Shown in pieces: positions 25,990 through 27,972 of a stretch of DNA of 27,972 nt. The stretch is from NCBI GenBank assembly GCA_964610875.1, contig CAZSWP010000046.1:1-27972 (forward strand), read 5' to 3'. Both the position numbers and the translations under genes were made by a program. This DNA is from an uncultured archaeon. GTDB taxonomy: Archaea; Asgardarchaeota; Thorarchaeia; Thorarchaeales; Thorarchaeaceae. A model generated the notes under the pieces. It was not told the DNA's origin and did no database searches. It was given only the letters and a program-made list of their open reading frames with translations. Each line of letters starts with the position of its first letter. Position 1 is the first letter of the stretch.

Positions 25990-26015
25990 TGAGTGAGTCC
26001 GGCAAGACTCACTCA
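25990..26015 (-). terminator. hairpin downstream of the 26038-27360 gene
   Basis: 10-bp stem TGAGTGAGTC / GACTCACTCA; T-rich tract follows on the - strand. Confidence 0.65.
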
Positions 26016-26037
26016 TCTTTAGCTTTTTCTGGTTATT

Positions 26038-27360
26038 TTAGACTGTGAATCTATTACCGCAGTTTTGACACTCGGCCGTTTCACCAAAACTGATTTGTCT
26101 TGGATATGGTGCACCGCAGTTGGGACATCGTGGTAGTTCTCTAACACCATCATAGCCTTCTCTGAGTTCACGACTCACAGATGCTGCTGATGCTGAAACG
26201 AATTCATCTGACGACCTATCGAATGTACCTGATACTGAACCGGATGCGATCAACTGAAGTGTCATCTTTCGTACATCATCTTCTGATTTTTTCACAAGAT
26301 TGCTTAGCTCAGTCATACTTATTCTAGGATACGATTTCAGAGCACCTAGGACTACTTCTCTGGTGTCTGTATCATCAATAGGTGCCGCAGTGGAAACATC
26401 AGGGGGTGGTCCAGTTGGAGTATAAGGCACAGTGTCTGCGTCTCCGCTCTTTTTCTTCAAACATACAATGCAGACAATCAGTACCACTGCCAGCAATGCT
26501 GCAACTCCCAGTAAGATGACAGCTGCTCCTCCAAGTCCAGTGTCCCTATCTGCTGTATCAGTAGGTCCGGTATCGGTATCACCAGGGCCTGTTGCTCCAG
26601 AAGTGTCAATATCAACACCCACAGATAGTGTTACAGTGTCTGCTTGTTGTAGTGCTGAAAAGACTAGGTACCATGTCCCATCTTCTGGAATGGTAAATGA
26701 ATCAATATTGGCTTGATGATAATTCTCTTTGATATTATATCCGGTAGCATCATCCCCATCTTCCCATAGATCGAAGTTATCTGCATCACAGATGAAGAAA
26801 TCTACACCATCCGTTTCGAACCATGTTGAGAAATGACCTGATATCTCAGTGCCTGCATCAAAATCATCCCAGATATAGTAATACTCTTCATTTTCAATGA
26901 CTTCACCATTTGCTGTGAAGGTATACTCTGCGTCTGAATAGAATGGTGCATTATCATCATCAACATCGACGCCAAAATCGAAGGTCACACTGGTTGAGCC
27001 GTCATTGTTACTGACAACTACATACCAAGTGTCATCATATGGTACTGAAAATGTAAATCTGAGGATATGCATGCTTGTCCTCTCATAACTAAATGTTGGT
27101 GATCCACCATTATACCAGTCGTCATAATCTGTATCGTCACAGATGAACACATCTAGCCCTTGTGTATCAGAATGTGTTTCAAGATATCCATTAATCTCTG
27201 TACCTGAAGTGAGTTCACCTGACATAGGGATATGATATCCCGCATCGAGTGTTTCATCATTATATTCAGTCTCATAAGTATCTGCCTTTACAGGTGTTGG
27301 CGCAAATACTATCATCATTGTCAAGGTGACAATGATTAGTAAAATCGGTAACCTTGCCAT
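26038..27360 (-). CDS. type I membrane protein: signal peptide, two GOLD-like beta-sandwich repeats, TM, PCI-like winged helix, Zn ribbon
   Basis: Repeats GTEINGYLET..GLDVFICD..YDDW..FSVPYDDTWYVV and GTEISGHFST..GVDFFICD..FDLW..FTIPEDGTWYLV. TM followed by KKK; YPRISMTELSNLV..SEDDVRKMTLQLIASGSVSGTFD; CPNCG..CQNCG. Confidence 0.75.
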   Translation of the reverse strand: MARLPILLIIVTLTMMIVFAPTPVKADTYETEYNDETLDAGYHIPMSGELTSGTEINGYLETHSDTQGLDVFICDDTDYDDWYNGGSPTFSYERTSMHILRFTFSVPYDDTWYVVVSNNDGSTSVTFDFGVDVDDDNAPFYSDAEYTFTANGEVIENEEYYYIWDDFDAGTEISGHFSTWFETDGVDFFICDADNFDLWEDGDDATGYNIKENYHQANIDSFTIPEDGTWYLVFSALQQADTVTLSVGVDIDTSGATGPGDTDTGPTDTADRDTGLGGAAVILLGVAALLAVVLIVCIVCLKKKSGDADTVPYTPTGPPPDVSTAAPIDDTDTREVVLGALKSYPRISMTELSNLVKKSEDDVRKMTLQLIASGSVSGTFDRSSDEFVSASAASVSRELREGYDGVRELPRCPNCGAPYPRQISFGETAECQNCGNRFTV

Positions 27361-27442
27361 TTTCACAGTACTAACCACCAGAACGGTATAATATCTAATA
27401 GTAAACCTCCAAAAAACACTTTCGTGACTGCTTCAAGTGATG

Positions 27443-27812
27443 CTAAATCGAGTTATCAACAAATTGTTTTAGATTCAAACTCTTTCCACAATTTCTACAG
27501 TGTCCATTTTTTGTGATTCCTATGCCTATTACTGACCACCCTACTCTCTTGATACATAAATGACCACAATCAGGACACATCGTGTTCTCAAAATCGGGAT
27601 GTCCAACATTTCCAATATAGATATAGTTCAATCCATGTTCGAGTCCGATCTCCCTTGCTCTTAACAGTCTGTCTAATTTTGTCATTGGTTTTCTGTACCG
27701 GTAATTTGGAAAATATCTGTTTACATGCCAAGGAGTATCTGGGCCTGTGATATCTCTAATTCTGGAAGCAATACTTCTTAGACAATCGCTAGAATCACTA
27801 ATCTCGGGTATC
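27443..27812 (-). pseudogene. 3' fragment of AmmeMemoRadiSam-system radical SAM enzyme (AmrS-like)
   Basis: IPEISDS..LRSIA..I....GPDTPWHVNRYFPNY...GLNYIYIGNV...NTMCPDCG..CRNCG. The CxxxCxxC core is absent and upstream sequence is unrelated. Confidence 0.8.
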
Positions 27813-27902
27813 GAGTTGTACGAGGCAAAAGCGAAAGACATGGAAGCAGATTTCGTTGTGGAGTAAGCGCTTAATTCACTTGACAAACATACTCTTGCCT
27901 TA

Positions 27903-27972
27903 ACCGTTCATTGTAAGCTAGACAATTCTGGACACCAGAGCATTGTCCTCCCAAGAACGGTACTGGGAATGG
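27903..27972 (-). mobile_element. IS-like right end with degraded coding remnant; runs off the window edge
   Basis: Diverged copy of 12649-12718 with identical 17-nt terminus; reads PVPFLGGQCSG[-1]PELSSLQ*. Confidence 0.55.

Noticed and set aside
1-27972. CRISPR arrays, tRNA or rRNA genes; remaining short ORFs nested antisense or out of frame in longer genes (e.g. 5522-5890, 25022-25426, 26432-26716)
   Set aside because: No regularly spaced repeats or tRNA/rRNA consensus seen by eye. The nested ORFs are shadows of well-supported genes.

Overview
Archaeal window, most likely from an Asgard archaeon (Thorarchaeia-like). This is inferred from ribosomal protein eS26, a short archaeal-type AhcY, a Ras/Rab-like small GTPase operon, a PCI-like winged helix and GAGGTGA-type Shine-Dalgarno sites. 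Housekeeping and metabolic genes (rps26e, ahcY, UbiE/MenG-type methyltransferase, class II glutamine amidotransferase, ECF S-component, tandem Lrp regulator) are interleaved with secreted proteases (S8 subtilase, clan-CD peptidase), three copies of an IS-like terminus and at least seven gene fragments or deletion chimeras. The four strongest candidate novel systems are: (1) a coupled two-gene unit of a Pycsar-effector-like 3-TM protein and a histone-fold protein with a long N-terminal extension, near two HEPN-motif genes; (2) a threonine-synthase-fold pseudoenzyme (PLP Lys->Ile) fused to a PadR-like wHTH, divergent from a GNAT and an HmpT/PdxU2-like ECF S-component, a possible vitamin-B6 or amino-acid sensor; (3) a small GTPase / Zn-ribbon+longin-like / wHTH-methyltransferase operon; (4) a single-pass membrane protein with tandem GOLD-like ectodomains and a cytoplasmic PCI-like winged helix plus Zn ribbon. 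All family assignments come from motif recognition by eye; no searches were run.
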